Positions 11,542 to 26,770 are shown, counted from the stretch's first letter. The stretch is DNA of 64,000 nt from Stegostoma tigrinum (GCF_030684315.1 NC_081397.1:10750421-10814420), one strand, 5' to 3'. A program made the numbers and translations. Notes: generated from the letters alone by a model not told the origin.

Positions 11542-11613
11542 GAAAGTACTCGAAGAAACAATATTTCCTTGTTACAAAGCCAAGTGTGAGCAGTTGCTTC
11601 TAACTAACACCAG
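11542..11613 (+). pseudogene. Cryptic exon 2, copy C (72 nt, 10-nt deletion, GC donor)
   Basis: tcttcctccAG|GAAAGTAC...IFPCYKAKCEQLLLTNT...CAG|GCATGT. Confidence 0.5.
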
Positions 11614-11929
11614 GCATGTTCCTGCGATCAGAATGGAGAATATCTTTTCCAGAGTCAGAGTGGATTGGATCAGACTTGTTTTGAGCTCAATTTCCAGAAA
11701 CTTGTCCAAGGAAACAACTAACCAAGCACAACTGAGGAAAGGCAAGTTTATTTTTTTTGTTTTCATTGTCAATTGACATCATGCTCGTTCCAATTAATAT
11801 CATTTGTCACCCATTAACATTCACATCATGTTTGAAATGTTAACAGCTAACTCCTTGTTGAAAGTACTGAAAACAGGAACTGAATCAAGTTTGCATTTAG
11901 GAAAGGTATTTTATAATATCTCAAACCGG

Positions 11930-13735
11930 ATAGAGAGACTCCTCCTACCACCCCCTTTGATCATGACCCTGCCCCAATCGCCAAAACAATATCAACTCCC
12001 AGACCATCCACAACCTCAGCACCTCAGGTGCTGTCCTGCCAACAGCCTCTGACCTCATCTTTCCCCAACGCCATGTTAACTGTTTCTGCCTTATCCCCAA
12101 AATCCACATACCCGACTGCCCCGTTGATGCACACTGTCTCTCACGCTCCCACTTTCTGCAGTCAAATTGGGTGGCCACGGGTACCCGCATGGGCCCAAGC
12201 TATTCCTGCTTCTTGTAGGATACATGGACCAGCCCCTCTTCTGCAGCTACACTGTCCCCACCCCCACCTCTTCCTCTGTTATTTCAATGACTGTATCGGT
12301 GCCACCTCGTACTCCCTCAAGGAACTCACAGTTCATCCACTTTACTAACAGCTTCCACCCCAAGTTTAACTTCACCTGGACCATCTTAAGTACATCTCTC
12401 TCCTTCCTGGACAACTCTGTTTGTTTGCATTTCTGGAAACTGGTAACTAATTCAAGCCAACCGACTGTCACAGCTACCTAGAATACACCTCCCCTCCCCT
12501 ACCTTCCTGCAAGAATGCCATCCCCTATTCCCAATTCCTTCCTCTGTTTCATCTGCTCCCGAGATGAGGCATTCCAATCCCGGTCATTGCAGACGTCCTT
12601 GTTTTTCAAGGACTGCCATTTCCACTCCACAGTGGCTGAATATGCCCTTGACCTCATCGCTCTCATTTCTGCAACTTGCCCCTTAGACACCCTCTTCACA
12701 ATAACAAAAAAGACAGAATCTCCTTTGTCATCACGGATCACTCCAACAAACTCAGGATTCAACGCATCTTCCTCCGCCACTTCTGCCACCTTCAATCTCA
12801 CCCCACTCCCAAGGACACTTTTCCCTCCCCAACCCTATCAACCTTCCAGAGGGACCGCTCTCTCTGACTCCCTCGTCCACTCCACACTCCCCATAGCCCC
12901 ACCGCCCCTGGCACATTTCACTGGAACCACAGGAAGTGCTACACCTGCCCCAATATCTCTCTCCCCTTATCTCCATCCCAGGTCCCAAGAAAACCTTCCA
13001 TGTTAAACAGATGTTCATCTGTATGTCCAGTAATACATTGTGTTGTGTCCACTGTTCCCGATGTGGCCCCCTCTACATTGGGGAAACCAAGCGGAGGCTT
13101 GGAAACCACTTTGAACACCTACGCTCACATCGTGACAAACGACTGCACCTCCCCAGTCATGAACCACTTCAACACCCCCTCCCACTCGTTGGACGACATG
13201 TCCATCCCAGGCCGCCTCCAGTGCCACAACATTGCCACCGGTAGGGTGCACGAGCAGCAGCTCGTATTTCACTTGGGAGCCCTGCAGCACAATGTTCTCA
13301 ACAAGGGCGTCAAAATCTGTCCACCCCAAACCCATCCCTGCCTCCTTGACCTGTCCATCTTTTCTCCAACCAATCTGCTTCTCCCACCTCACTGATCAAC
13401 CCCCACTGGCACTTTGGCCTACTAACCTTAGCCCTGCCTCCTTGACCTGTCAGCCTTCCCTCAACCCACATCTGACCTCCCTCCCTACACTTACCGTTAC
13501 TGGCTCCAGCCCTGCCTCCTTGACTGGCCATCTTTTCTCCACCTATCTGGTCCTTTTATCCACCTTTCGTCATCATCTCCTCACTTCTCTCTATTTATTG
13601 CAGAGTCCCTTTCTCTTCTCTTCCCTTCCCCACCCCCCCCCCATTTCTGACAGAAGGGTCCAGTCCAAAAATGTCAGCTCTCCTGCTCCTCTGCTGCCTG
13701 ACCTGCTGTGTTCATCCAGCTCTACACCTTGTTAC
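11930..13735 (+). mobile_element. Penelope-like retroelement (decayed RT + GIY-YIG + pLTR)
   Basis: CSRCGPLYIGETKRRL (GIY-YIG), FIHFTNSFHPKFNFT (RT thumb), pLTR at ~13645-13735. Confidence 0.9.
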
Positions 13736-14849
13736 CCCCTCAAAGGAAGACATCATGTTACATAGTTTGAACAACCACGTCTGACAAGTAGCAAATCACT
13801 ACTGAGCACATGCAAACACATAGACAAAGCTGCTGACTGAGTCCCAAATATGCTCATTGTATCAACACATAACATACAAAGACTGGGTATACATTGTTGT
13901 CATACACACTGCAGGGAACAGAAGCAAATACATAGAAAATGTTTACAGCTCTGTTTTAAGAAAAGCAAGAGAGTCTACCAGACAGAAAAAAATACCTTTC
14001 AGCCCATGGGGTTGATAGTAGACAAAAACAAGCACCTGACATTTCTGATCCCGTTCAGCCAGCATTCCATTTCAATAAGTGTGCCATGGCAGTATACGAT
14101 TTGCCAATCTACCTTATCACAGCGTGATTCTCAATGTGTTCACCTTCAGGAATAGAAACCATATTTTCCGTCTGTCTTGCAAAATTTCTTTTTTTTGTGT
14201 GGGGTGAAGCATTGAAGTGAATTTGGCAACTAAGTTAAACAGTTTTCTAGTGTCACTTGTCCCTCCCAATGAAATATTCCAGAAACACGCAAGAAAACAG
14301 AATGCTGTTTCTTCACGTTAGTGATGTAATCATCATTTAAAGCAACGAAGAATGATCCATTTAACTAAATCTTGTAATTGTCAAATTTTACTTTCTCACA
14401 GTTTGACCATATTCAATAAGGTTAAATCTTCTCCACTGTAAGACAGAAAATACAATTCCTTTTTCTTTCTTCATACCCACGACAGCGCATTGTCAGTGTA
14501 TTGCCGATGCCATGTGCCATTGCACAACAGAGCAGGGTTCTGTTATATCCGTGGTAGTATAATTTAAGTGAATTAGCCGATACCCTTCCCTGTAGAAGGA
14601 ACCTCGTGGTCATTCAGCTGAATACAGTTGATTTGTTCATTGCCCTTTTCTTTAGACTCAAAGAAAGGAATGCCACATCAATCTATTCCCTCAGCATTAT
14701 TCACAAAATTCTGTTCCTGTGTACACAGAAAAGCTGATGTCACCTTGAAGAACAGCCCTTGATACAATTTCTGTCAGTTAGACTCTGCTCTCTTGGAGTT
14801 ACAAAACCTTTTTGCTTTTACATCACACAATCCATTGCACAAAACAAAT

Positions 14850-17800
14850 GCATGGAGCAATAACTGACAGGCACAGGCTGATAACTGCACTCCTGCGTTC
14901 TTAAAGCAGAAACTGACAGGCTTGGGCTGATAACTAAACTCGGAGGTTCACAAAGCAGCAGCTGGCATGTACAGATTGATAACTATACTTCGATATTCAC
15001 AGAGCAGAAACAGACAGAGAAAGATTGACATCTGTACTCTTATTCATGTGGTATAAACATTATAGGTACAGATTTCTAACTCCACTCATTGACACACCGA
15101 GCAGAAACTGACAAGGAGAAATTATTTATATTTCAATACCAGGACTGGCAAATCCAAATTGCTAAGCACATTCACAGCACACTCACTGGCTGATAGGGAA
15201 CGATTGATAAATGTCCTGAAATAGTCATGTAACAGAGACTACCAGTTACAGATTTATAACTGCACACTCAGACACACAGCTGAAACTGACAGGGACTGAC
15301 CGGTAAATGGACTCGGACATTCGTCTGGTAGTTAATGACAAAACATAGAACGTAGAACATTACAGCACAATACAGGCCCTTTGGCCCTCGATGTTGTTGT
15401 GCCGACCTGTCATACCGATCTCAAGCCCATCTAACCTACGCTATTCCATGTACATCCATATACTTATCCAATGACGCCTTAAATGTACCCAAAGTTGGCG
15501 AATCTACTACCGTTGCAGGCAAAGTGTTCCATTCCCTTACTACTGAGTCAAGAAATTACCTCAGACATCTGTCCTATATCTTTCACCCCTCAATTTAAAG
15601 CTATGCCCCCTCGTGCTCACCGTCACCATCCGAGGAAAAAGGTTCTCCCTATCCACCCTATCTAACCCTCTGATTATTTTATATGTTTCAAGTCACCTCT
15701 CAACCACCTTCTCTGTAATGTAAGTCCCTCAGCCTTTCCTCAAGACCTTCCCTCCATATCAGGCAACATCCTAGTAAATCTCCTCTGCACCATTTCCAAA
15801 GCTTCCACATCCTTCTTATAATGCGGTGACCAGAACTGTACACAATGCTCCAAGTGCAGCCGCACCAGAGTTTTGTATGGCTTCACCATAACCTCTTGGT
15901 TCCAGAACTCGATGAATAAAAGCTGAAACACTGTATGCCACCTTAACACCCCTGTCAACCTGGGTGGCAACTTTCAAGGATCTGTGTACATGGACGCCGA
16001 GATCTCTCTGCTCATCTACACTACTAAGAATCTTACCATTAGCCCTGTACTTTGCCTTCTGGTTACTCCTACCAAACTGCATCACCTCATACTTGTCTGC
16101 ATTAAAATCTATTTCCCACCTCTCAGCCCAGCTCTGCAGCTTATCGATGACTCTCTGCAACCTACAGCATCCTTCGTCACTATCCACAGCTCCACCGACC
16201 TTTGGTGTCGTCTGCAAATGTACTAACCCATCCTTCTACGCCCTCATCCAGGTCATTTATAAAAATGACAAACAGCAGTGGACCCAACAGCGACCCTTGC
16301 GGTACACCATTAGTAACTGCTCACCAGGATGAACATTTCCCATCAACTACCACCCTCTGTCTTCTTTCAGCAGGCCAATTTCCGATCTAAACTGCTATAT
16401 CTCCCACAATTCCATTCCTCCGCATTTTGCACAATAGCGTCTTGTGGGGAATCTTATCAAATGCCTTGCTGAAATCGATGAACACCACATCAACCGGTTT
16501 ACTCTCATCTACCTGTTTGGTCACCTTCTCAAAGAACTCTAAGGTTTGTGAGGCACGACCTTCCGTTAACAAAACCATGCTGACTATCCCTAATCAATTT
16601 TATTCTTTTCTAGAATATAAATCCGATCCCTTATAACCTTTTCCAACACTTTACCAACAACTGTGGTCAGGCTCAGTGGTCTATAATTACCAGGGTTGTC
16701 TCTACTCCCCATCTTGAACAGGGAAACCACATTTGCTACCCTCCAGTCATCTGGCACTATTCCTGAACTTTTGATCACAAATCTATCATATCCACACAGC
16801 AAAAACTGACAGAAACGGATTAATAATAAAACTCCCAGTTTCATATTTGTTTAAACTGACAGGTACGGTTTGATAACTGTCAGATTTTCACAGCAGAATC
16901 TGACAATAACTGATCGATTACTAAACTCAGATTGACAAGCAAATACAAAACAGGTATAGACGTGACAACTACACTCATGCATTGACCACCAGCAACTGAT
17001 GTGTAGGTGCACAGCTACACTCATTCACATGGCAGTAACAGAGAGCTACAGCTTAATAACTACAGTCACCCACCTGCATTACAGTAACTGTCAGGGGCAG
17101 GTTGATAACACTCACACATTGATGTGACAGAAACTGACATGTACTGATAATAACTAAACCCATCTATGGATACAGCAGAAACTGATGGAGACTGATAATT
17201 GCACTTCCATTATCATTGCAGAAACTGAGATTTATAACTGCACCCTCTCATTCACATGACAAAAACTGAGTGTACAGATTTGATAACCATAGGCACACAT
17301 TTGCTTTGCAATATGTGACAGGGATGGGATAATCCTTCCTGCAAAATGTTACAAGAAAGCAAGAGAACTAATTAATTAATTAATAATTCACAGCAGAAAC
17401 CTAGAGGTATAATCCTGATAATTACACAAGAATATTCACTGGGGAGACACTGACAAGGTTCAGATTGATAATGACAATCTCATTCATACAACAGAAATTG
17501 GTTGGTACGCACTGAAAAGCACAGTCTCATAATTACAGAACAGAAACTGACAATCACAGACGGATAACTACATTTTCATATTCACATGTCTGAAAATGAC
17601 TGTTAGGATTGAATGAATATGGTGCATTTTTACAAGCAGAAACATTCAAGGTTACGCTAACAACTGCACCCACACATTCAAAGCTCGGAACTGACAGGTA
17701 AAGATGAAAAGCCAAGCTCACGTGTTGACATAGCAGAAACTGAGAAGCACAGTCTGAAGCCTGCTCTCCGACATTCAGATAGCAGAAAACGACTGGCACA

Positions 17801-18060
17801 GATGGATAAGTATACTCACCTTGCAGACACTGACACGAACATTCCCACATCACCAACAATCAGGTAAAGACTTACAACGGCATTCTCATATTCACAAAGG
17901 GGGGAAAAAAAATAATCACAGTCAAGTCCAATTTGATAACTTCTCAAATAAACACAGGGCAGAATCTCACAGGTGCCCGTCAGTCTCTGCTGTGTGAATA
18001 CATAAGTAATTTAACAAAGGCTCACCAATGTGTGAGACATGAATAGATCAACAAATAAAC
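14850..18060 (+). repeat. ~49-bp degenerate satellite array, interrupted by a CR1
   Basis: GCAGAAACTG-like heads at 14906, 14955, 15004, 15101; consensus approximately AGCAGAAACTGACAGGTACAGATTGATAACTACACTCTCATATTCACAT. Confidence 0.85.
15341..16765 (-). mobile_element. CR1/HER1-like LINE, 5'-truncated
   Basis: DFSKAFDK, GNYRPLSLT, LEHCVQFWSPHY; short tandem 3' tail (acatagaacgtagaac on + strand). Confidence 0.93.
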
Positions 18061-18346
18061 TCATATCCACAGACCCACTCACATTGTGTAGTCCCATTCA
18101 TGGATCTGGACACTTAGTTTGTTTCTGGACTTCACTCAATTGGGATGGAATTAACAAAAAGAAAAATCACAAGACAAAGAAGCAGCTCAGATCAAGAGTG
18201 GAAACAAACACCTAATTCTGTTCAGATTCCTGGCTTGAAATTAAATATTGTAATGATTATTAACTGAACATTGCATCCAATAATGAAATATCACTGAACT
18301 TGGCTGATGTTGACTTGCAGGAGGGTTTTCTTCTGTCTTCCTCCAG

Positions 18347-18428
18347 GCAAATACGTGAGGGACTAAGAGAAAGTAATATTCCCTCGGCACAAAGCCAAGT
18401 GTGACCAGCTGCTTCTAACAAACGGAAG
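18347..18428 (+). pseudogene. Cryptic exon 2, copy D (82 nt, CAA>TAA)
   Basis: ttctgtcttcctccAG|GCAAATACGTG...AACGGAAG|GTATGT. Confidence 0.55.
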
Positions 18429-18619
18429 GTATGTTACCGCTGTCAGAGCAGAGAGCATCCTTTCCACAGTCACAGACCAGATTGAGTCAGACACACATTG
18501 AGGTCAATTTCCAGTGAGATTTGTTCCAACAACACAGAGGAAATAGAAGTTTTGTTTTTTTCCACCATTCACAATGCACACCTGCCCAGTTCGAACAAAT
18601 TTCAGCATTTCAAGTGTTT

Positions 18620-19478
18620 TGCGAGATCTGCAGCTCGGATAGCGGATAATGTTGAGCTGGCTTGCTTTTCTTCATATATTTCATCACCATGCTCAGTGGT
18701 ATCATCAGTGGAGCCTCCAATGAGTCAATGTTATTCCACGCCCTGTGGAATTTATACTGTATGGTCCATTATGGAGACTACTATCACTTCTGGTTTTGAT
18801 CTGTCTGAGTTTTCATTTTTGGGGTCCGATTCTATAATCTTGTTGATTGAAGTATGCATGGAAAACCATGCCTCTCGGAATTGCTGTGTGTCTGTGTTTG
18901 GCTTGGGCTACCATGGTTACTTTGTCCCATGTTAACCTGATGGCCTTTATTGTCTGAATATGTGATACATTCAGACAACCAAGGCCATCAGTTGAAATGG
19001 GGCAAAGTTACCATATTAAAAAGAAAGAACTGTGGATGCTGTAAATCAGGAACAAAAGACAGACTTGCTGGACAAGCTCTGCAGCTCAGCAGTAACTGGT
19101 TCTGAGGAAAGGTTACTGGACCCGCAAGGCTAACTCTCTGTTTTTCCCTTCACCGATGCTGCCTGACCTGAGCTTTTTCCAGCACCTTTTATTTTTGTTG
19201 TGTAAGGTAACCATAGCAGCCTAAGCCAAACATAGACATGTTAAGGAATTCCTAGAGACATTGTTCTCCACACAAACAAAGAATTGGACCCCATGTATAA
19301 ACCCATATAGATCAAAACTGAAATGACAGTACTCAGCATAACAGACCTGACAGTGCAAATTCCAAGCAGAGGAGAATCACATTGCATCAGCAGAGGCTCC
19401 ACTGATGATGTCACCTAGCATGGTGGCAAAACGTCCGAACAAAAACATGACAGCTCACTGACCAAGTCAACAACATCA
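18620..19478. mobile_element. Old Penelope fold-back with a nested pLTR hairpin (19018-19200)
   Basis: Inverted arms centred near 18962 (ttgtctgaat...attcagacaa); hammerhead-like CTGATGAtgtcacctagcatggtggcAAAACGTC at 19402-19435. Confidence 0.75.
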
Positions 19479-19649
19479 CATTTCTGCATTCACAGCCCAT
19501 TGACATTTACACCGTTTTTGAAGATGGACAGACTGAATACTTGTCCAAAATACACACTCAAACTGAATATAATCTGCATTAAATGACTCTGATAACAGCT
19601 ACCACATAACAAATTGCATCGTCACAGAGAATATTACTGGCTGCCAAAG

Positions 19650-20530
19650 TTCAGCCGTGTTGTCAAATAGAAACTGACAAGCATGTGTTGATTCCTCTGC
19701 TCAATCATTCACCCTGTAGAAACAGGCAAAAAACAGGTTGACACTCTCTCATATATGGAAAAAAAGTTTGCTATACCATTCTCAAATTCACATTTGAAAA
19801 ATGATATGTACAAATTAATATTTATGCTCACATATCAAACTACATGTACCCAAATGATAACTACGCTTATATATCCACAGCATATCAACAATCCGTTCTT
19901 CTCTGTTGCTAACACTCCAGTTTCACAGCATAACTTCACAGGTCCAATTTTATAAATGCATTTAAATATCCACAGACTTAACAGTTTTTTTTAGGTGCAG
20001 TGTGATAATGGCAGTAGATTCACCAACTTTAGGTACATTTAAGTTGTCATTGGATTAGCATGTGGACATACATGGAATAGTGTAGGTTAGATGGACTTCA
20101 GATCGGTATGACAGGTTGGCATACTATTGAGGGCTGAAGGGCCTGTACTGTGCTGTAATGTTCAATGTAACTACACTCCAATTTTCACAAGCAGATTCTC
20201 ATAGGTACGTACTGATCATGAACTTCACGTATCCATGAAGCAGAAATGGACAGGAACAGCTTGGTAATAACCCTCCCAATGTCATACAGCTTGAACTGAC
20301 AGGTACACTTTGATAACTATATGCATATCAACAGTGCAGTATCTGACACCTATGTATTGGTAACTACACACATACACACTCTCACACACACACTCTCACG
20401 GAGCAGAAAATGAGAAATATAAATGGATAACTAAACAGACATATTGACATTGCAGAAATTGACAGGCTACATGGATAACTACACTCATATCTTGCAGCAG
20501 AAACTGATAGTGACACTGATTGGAGAGCCG
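19650..20530 (+). repeat. ~49-bp degenerate satellite array (CR1 tail inserted ~19990-20170)
   Basis: Repeated gcagaaactga...gataactacactc units. Confidence 0.8.
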
Positions 20531-21074
20531 AAGTGGGAGAGAGAGTAAAATTTGTCAAATCAACAGAAAGCAAAAAGCACTGGTCACAGCACGTCAGCAC
20601 TCGTCTGTGACCAAGGTAATCCGAGTAAAACTGATACCAAGACACGCTGGCAGGTGTCTGAGGAATGTACGAATAGTTTGGGCCTCGATATATTGGAGAT
20701 TTGAAGAAGGACGTCAAACCTTTCGAGGAAACAAAAAGTAAAGGGTCTTGACGGAACAGGCAATTTAAAATAGTGTCTAAAGATGGTGCGCACGATTAAT
20801 GCTCTCTTTCAGGGAAAAAAAAGTTATCGTTTGGTTTATTAACATATCGAGGTGTTTTTGAAATGTGAAATGAATATGCAGGTGCAGAGTGCAGATTTCG
20901 GCCCCTTTTTGCCGCTTGCATTTAAGTTTTTGAAAATCCGATTCAAGGTCAGAAATGGACATTCCACTCGGTTCGGGAATGCGGGAAAGGGAGATGAAGT
21001 CAAATATACATTCATAATCTAAAAGTAAATGTATTCGCGCATTCTGTTCTGTTCAACGTCCGAGTTTTCGTTAA

Positions 21075-21722
<648 letters not shown>

Positions 21723-21752
21723 AGAGACCGTTCTGTAACTTGACAATCCAAA

Positions 21753-21792
21753 GGCTCTTTTCAGAGCCACCCACAACATCAGTGAAAGAGTC
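21753..21792 (+). terminator. Histone 3' stem-loop and HDE
   Basis: GGCTCT-TTTC-AGAGCC-ACCCA 21753-21773; AAAGAG 21785-21790. Confidence 0.96.
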
Positions 21793-22229
21793 TCAGACCT
21801 CGTTTTTGTTCGATTGATTTAATTTTAAATATACAGAGCCTGGGACTTCGCAACGTCAAATTTCAATCACATCATTCATTGATCCTGTAGTTGTCACAGT
21901 TCGATAGAAAATGAAATCCATCCTGCTGCTCCTGATTTCGGTAATATTTCCATTCAGAGCTGGCAGCCGATGAGCAGGAAGAAGTTATGATGAGCTTATA
22001 AATTACAATGTATGACATAATTGGAGAACAGAATAATCGTTTTGCAAATACGTTTTCCAGTCCCACTGCTTGTTGTTCACTGCCAATTTCACATCTCCCT
22101 TCATCGCATTAGAGAAAGCGAAAGTGACCCGGGACAGCACGTTGCAGGGTCATTTGCTTCTCATAATGAACGGCCGCTGACCCTCTGCGCATTAATCTCA
22201 GGTGCAGCTCATTTTCCTGCCTTTGATAT

Positions 22230-22450
22230 TATCGAGTCCTCACAGTGTGGAAGCAGGCCATTCGGCCCATCGAGGCCCGACTGACCCTCTGAAGAGCATC
22301 TCTCACAAAGTGCCCTTCCATATCCCTGTCACTCTGTCTTTCTCTGGACACACTGGGCCCATAGCATCGCCATGCCACATAAAGTGCACATCTTTGGACT
22401 ATGGAGGAAACCAGAGCACCTAGAGGAAATCCTCAAAGACACGAAGGCCA
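22230..22450 (-). mobile_element. HE1-like SINE
   Basis: caggccattcggcccatcgag (CR1-derived tail) plus catctttggactatggaggaaaccagagcacc core. Confidence 0.7.
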
Positions 22451-22539
22451 CCCACCAGCCTACCTTTTATCCTGGGAGAAGTAGCCCTGGCCTGTACAGC
22501 TTCTCCCTGAAGCTGAGCCCCTTACAAATCTTTTATGAA

Positions 22540-24375
22540 TGTTTAAGCTTAAAGTTAAAAACAAAAGCTTCTCGTCAATCTGGCTGTTCATCATCTTGAA
22601 ACCTTGGATGAACTGTCTAATCCATTCCCTACGGCAGACCAGGAGTGCAGCATCAAAAGGGGACGACCAGGGCTGTTTCAGAAAATTCAGCGGAGAAGGC
22701 TTCAGCAAATCCATCAAAGATACCAAGGGGCAGGACTGGAACAGTTTAGTGGCCCCAACCAACCAAACTGAGCAAAGCAAGATCGTGGACAAAGACAGTT
22801 CCCACCCTGATGCTGTCTATGCTTGGTTGACACAGAATGCCAGCAGCGTGGTGTCCACTGCCCCGCCAGGCCTCAACGCACCTGTTCTATCGGTCACTGC
22901 AGTTGTCAGATCCGTCTTCCTGGTGAGAACACCCAAGGAAAGTAACAGACCTGGACTGAAGCACCAACTCTGCATGTAATTCCTGTGGGGAGGTACTCTC
23001 TGACATCTTTGTCTCCCTCTGACAAGCTGTACTCTGCACCTGCTTGAGAAGACCACCATTATCCCAGTCCTAAAATCTACATGCAATATGACTTCATCTG
23101 TACTGCCCAGTGGCTCTGGCATCCAAAATCATGAAGTGCTCAAAGATGCTGGTCATGGCCCACTTGAACTCTCGACTTTCAGCCTGCCTCAATCCCTTGC
23201 AATTTTCCCACTAATGCAACAGGCCCACAGCAGATGCCCTTTTCCCAGCCCTGCAATCATCCCTGGAACATCTGGGCAACAAGGCCACCTACAATCAGGC
23301 TTCTGCTCATCAACTACAGCTCAGTCTTCAACACCATTATCCCTGCAAGACGGAACTCAAAACTAACACCTCAGGCTTGGCTCCTCCCTGTGCAACTGAC
23401 TCCTCAGCTTCCTGAAACACAGACCACAAATCAAGAAGATAGGCAACTGAATCTCCTCTGCGAGGACATTCAAACACTGCAACCCTCAAGAATGCATTGT
23501 CAGGTCCCTACTGTACTCCTTGTATACTCACTATTGTTGTCAAATTCTGAATGAATGCCACCTATAAGTTTGCTGTTGATAACACTATGATGGGATGGAT
23601 AATAAATAATGATGATTCAGATGACAGGAAGGAGATGGAGGGTTTGGTGACGTGGTGCAATTATAAAAAGAAAACTGAATGGTCACAAAACAAAAGAACT
23701 TATAATTGGTTTCAGAAGGAAAAGAGCAGAACACACCCTCAGGTCCATCAACAGAGCAGGGTGCTGAGAGTGTCAATTTCCCAAGAGTTACAATAACCAA
23801 CAACCTTCATGGGACTTCCCACATAGATGCAATGGTAATGAAGGCACAAAAAGGCCTCGTCTTCCTGAGGCTGCTCATGTATTTGGCATGTTACTCATGC
23901 ACCATAGAAAGCATACTGTCTGGGTTCATCAAGGCCTGATATGGAACCTGCTCTGTCCTGTTCCACGAGCAACTATGGAAGGTTGTGTTCACACCCCACA
24001 CCGTCACGGCACCCAACTTCCCAACCATGGGCTCTCATTGCTGTGCAAAGCCTGAGACATCAAAATCCATCCAACCCCAATGGTGCCCTCCTACAACCTC
24101 TTGCATCAGGCAGAAGATACAGAAGCTCGAACACCCACACCAGCAGGTTCAAGAACAGATTCTTCCCTGTCATTGTCAGACTGACGAATGGAATCTTAAA
24201 TTTCAAAAGTGTTGATCTTGCCTGCATACATCCTGTGGAGTGTAACTTGTATGCCTTATCATTTCCATTTTTCACATTATGACCTGTATGTGCTTACTGA
24301 CTATGATCTGGCTATACTGCTCGCCAACAAAACCATTCACTATTTAGGAACATGTCACAATAAATCTAACTAAAT
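22540..24375 (+). mobile_element. Decayed Rex1/Babar-like LINE RT fragment
   Basis: KTTIIPV, LLINYSSVFNTII, YKFAVD, SGRRYRS...RFKNRFFP. Confidence 0.75.
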
Positions 24376-25352
24376 TCCTGTAGCAGAGAGACCAGAATTG
24401 AATGCATTATTCCAAGTGTTCTAATCCATGTCCTGTAAAGCTGCAACTTGTCCTCCCAACTACTGTTCTCAATATACTGGCCAAATTTTCCGAAGGATAC
24501 CATCAGCAACAAATGTTGAAACAGAAGTTAAACAAGATACAACCTTATTTTCAAAAGGCTGAAAAAGCCACCCCAGTGCCCCCTGAAAGAAGTTTTGTAC
24601 AAGATGTGATAATGTGATAATGGGCCAGTTGGAGGTTTCAGTTCAGTGGTGGTTAATGCAGCTAAATTGTACGTGTTCAAATATCATGAAATAAAAACAA
24701 AAACGGCAACTTCTGATCAGGTTCCAGTTTCACAACTGATTTTTCTTTTTGTGAAGAGAAGGTGTGTGGCCAAGATATTGTCAATTCACACATTCTTTCC
24801 AAGCAGTTTTAAAAGGCAATCATTTCACGTTGAACATCTGTCTCTGCCTCAATTATATGAAAAGAGCACGTCCTTAAAAACAAGACACATTGCTGAATTT
24901 ACCTTCACCCATTTGTTCAAAATGTGGGAAACTGGCATATTTACTGTCAACCCCTCATGCCTCCAGTAGCTTGTGAGCAGGTGTCAGCACTAGAAACATA
25001 TTCAACCCTAATCATCAAAGCCCTGAAGCCTGCATGCATGTTACATTTATTATAAATACAGAGGTTAAAGCGGTTTGAATTTGTTCATCAGATTATTAGC
25101 ATCACTGGCTCGGCTAAACCACCTGTAATTGCCATAGAGCCATGATATATAAGTCAATATCAGTGATGGGAGTGTGGAGTCACACCTAAAAGGGAGAGAG
25201 AACATAATAAACTCCAGTAACTCATTGTTCAGCCACTTCCATTTGCTCAAGTTGCTTTTTTTGACTCCATTTCCAGGGTGACAAGCCTTAGTGGGGTATG
25301 GATCATGTGCTTCACCCCTGGCAAACAAAGCAATTACCATCTATTTCAGTCA

Positions 25353-26470
25353 GAGAAAATGGGAACTGCAGATGCTGGAGAATCTGAGATAACAAAGTGT
25401 GGGGCTGGATGAACACAGCAGGCCAAGCAGCATCTTAGGAGCACAAAAGCTGATGTTTTGGGCCTAGCCCCTTCATCAGAAAATGGGGGCTGGGGAGGCA
25501 ATTCTGAAATAAATAGGGAGAGAGTGGGAGGCAGACTGAAGATGGATGAAGGAGAAGATAGGTGGAGTAGCGAGTATAGGTGAGGAGTTAGAGAGGGGAT
25601 AGATCAGCCTGGGGAGGATGGACAGGTCAAGGGGGGGAGATAAGGTCAGTAGGTAAGAAATGGAGATGTGGGTGGGAGGAGGGGATAGGTGAGAGGAAGA
25701 AAGGGTTAGGGAGACAGGGTGGGGGCGAGCTGGGCTGGTTTTGGGATGCAGTGGGGAGAGGGGAGATTTTGAAGCTGGTGAAATCGATAGCACTAGGCTG
25801 CAGGGTTCCCAAGTGGAACATGAGTTGCTGTTCCTGCAACCTTCGAGTGGCATCATTATTGCACTGCAGGAGGCCCAGGAGGGACATTTGCCTAAGAAGT
25901 GGGAGGGTGAGTTAAAATGGTTCACGACTGGGAGGTGCAGTTGTTTATAGCAAACCGAGTGTAGGTGTTCTGCAAAGCTGTCCCTAAGCCTCCACTTGGT
26001 TTCCCCAATGTAGAGGGAGCCACAACGGGTACAGTGGATACAGAATAACACATTGGCAGATGTGCAGGTGAACATCTGCTAGATGTGGATCATCTTGGGG
26101 CCTGGGATGTAGTTGAGGGAGGAGGGGTGGGGGGCAAGTGGAGCACTTCCTGCAGTGGCAGGTGAAAGTGCCAGGTGTGGTGGGGGTGGAGGGGAGTGTG
26201 GAGTGGACAAGGGAGTCGCAGACAGAGTGGTCTCTCCGAAAGGTAGATCAGAGTGGGGATGGAAAAAATGTCTTGTGGTGGGGTCGGATTGTAGATGGTG
26301 GAAGTGTCAGAGTTCACCTCCCACTCATGAACTATTTTAACTCCCACTCCCATTCCTCAGACGACATGTCCAACCTGGGCCTCCTGCAATGCCATAGTGA
26401 TGTCACCCATAGGTTTCAGGAACAGCAACTCATTCTCCATTGGTGCCCCATTGATACATTGACAGGGATG
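25353..26470 (-). mobile_element. Penelope-like element with inverted internal piece (~26310-26470)
   Basis: CIHCTRCGSLYIGETKWRL; pLTR at 25353-25482. Confidence 0.9.
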
Positions 26471-26539
26471 AACTTTCGTGGAATCTCGACACAGCAGGAA
26501 ATGGCCTTTCGAGCCTGATCGATCCTCCGAAGAACATGG

Positions 26540-26770
26540 AAAGAACAGCTGATGCTATAAATCAGGAACAAGACCAGAAGTAGCTGAAAAAGCTCAACAG
26601 GTCTGGCAGTCGTGCAGAAAATAAAATCCAGAGTTGACGTTTCAGCTCCGGTCACCCTTGCAGTTCTGAGGAAAGCTCACGGGACCCGAAAACTTAGCTC
26701 TGATTTTTTTTCTTCTTCAGAGATGTTGCCAGACCTGCTGAGCTGTTTCAGCAACTTCTGGTTTTGCTGC
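26540..26770. mobile_element. Fold-back pLTR-derived repeat (second family)
   Basis: agctcaacaggtctggcag...tgccagacctgctgagct arms; CTGAGGA...CCCGAAA centre. Confidence 0.7.

Noticed and set aside
14850-18060. 49-bp array as a CRISPR array or zinc-finger exon
   Set aside because: Eukaryotic context, degenerate contiguous units with no unique spacers, period is not 84 nt or a multiple of 3, and no C2H2 pattern.
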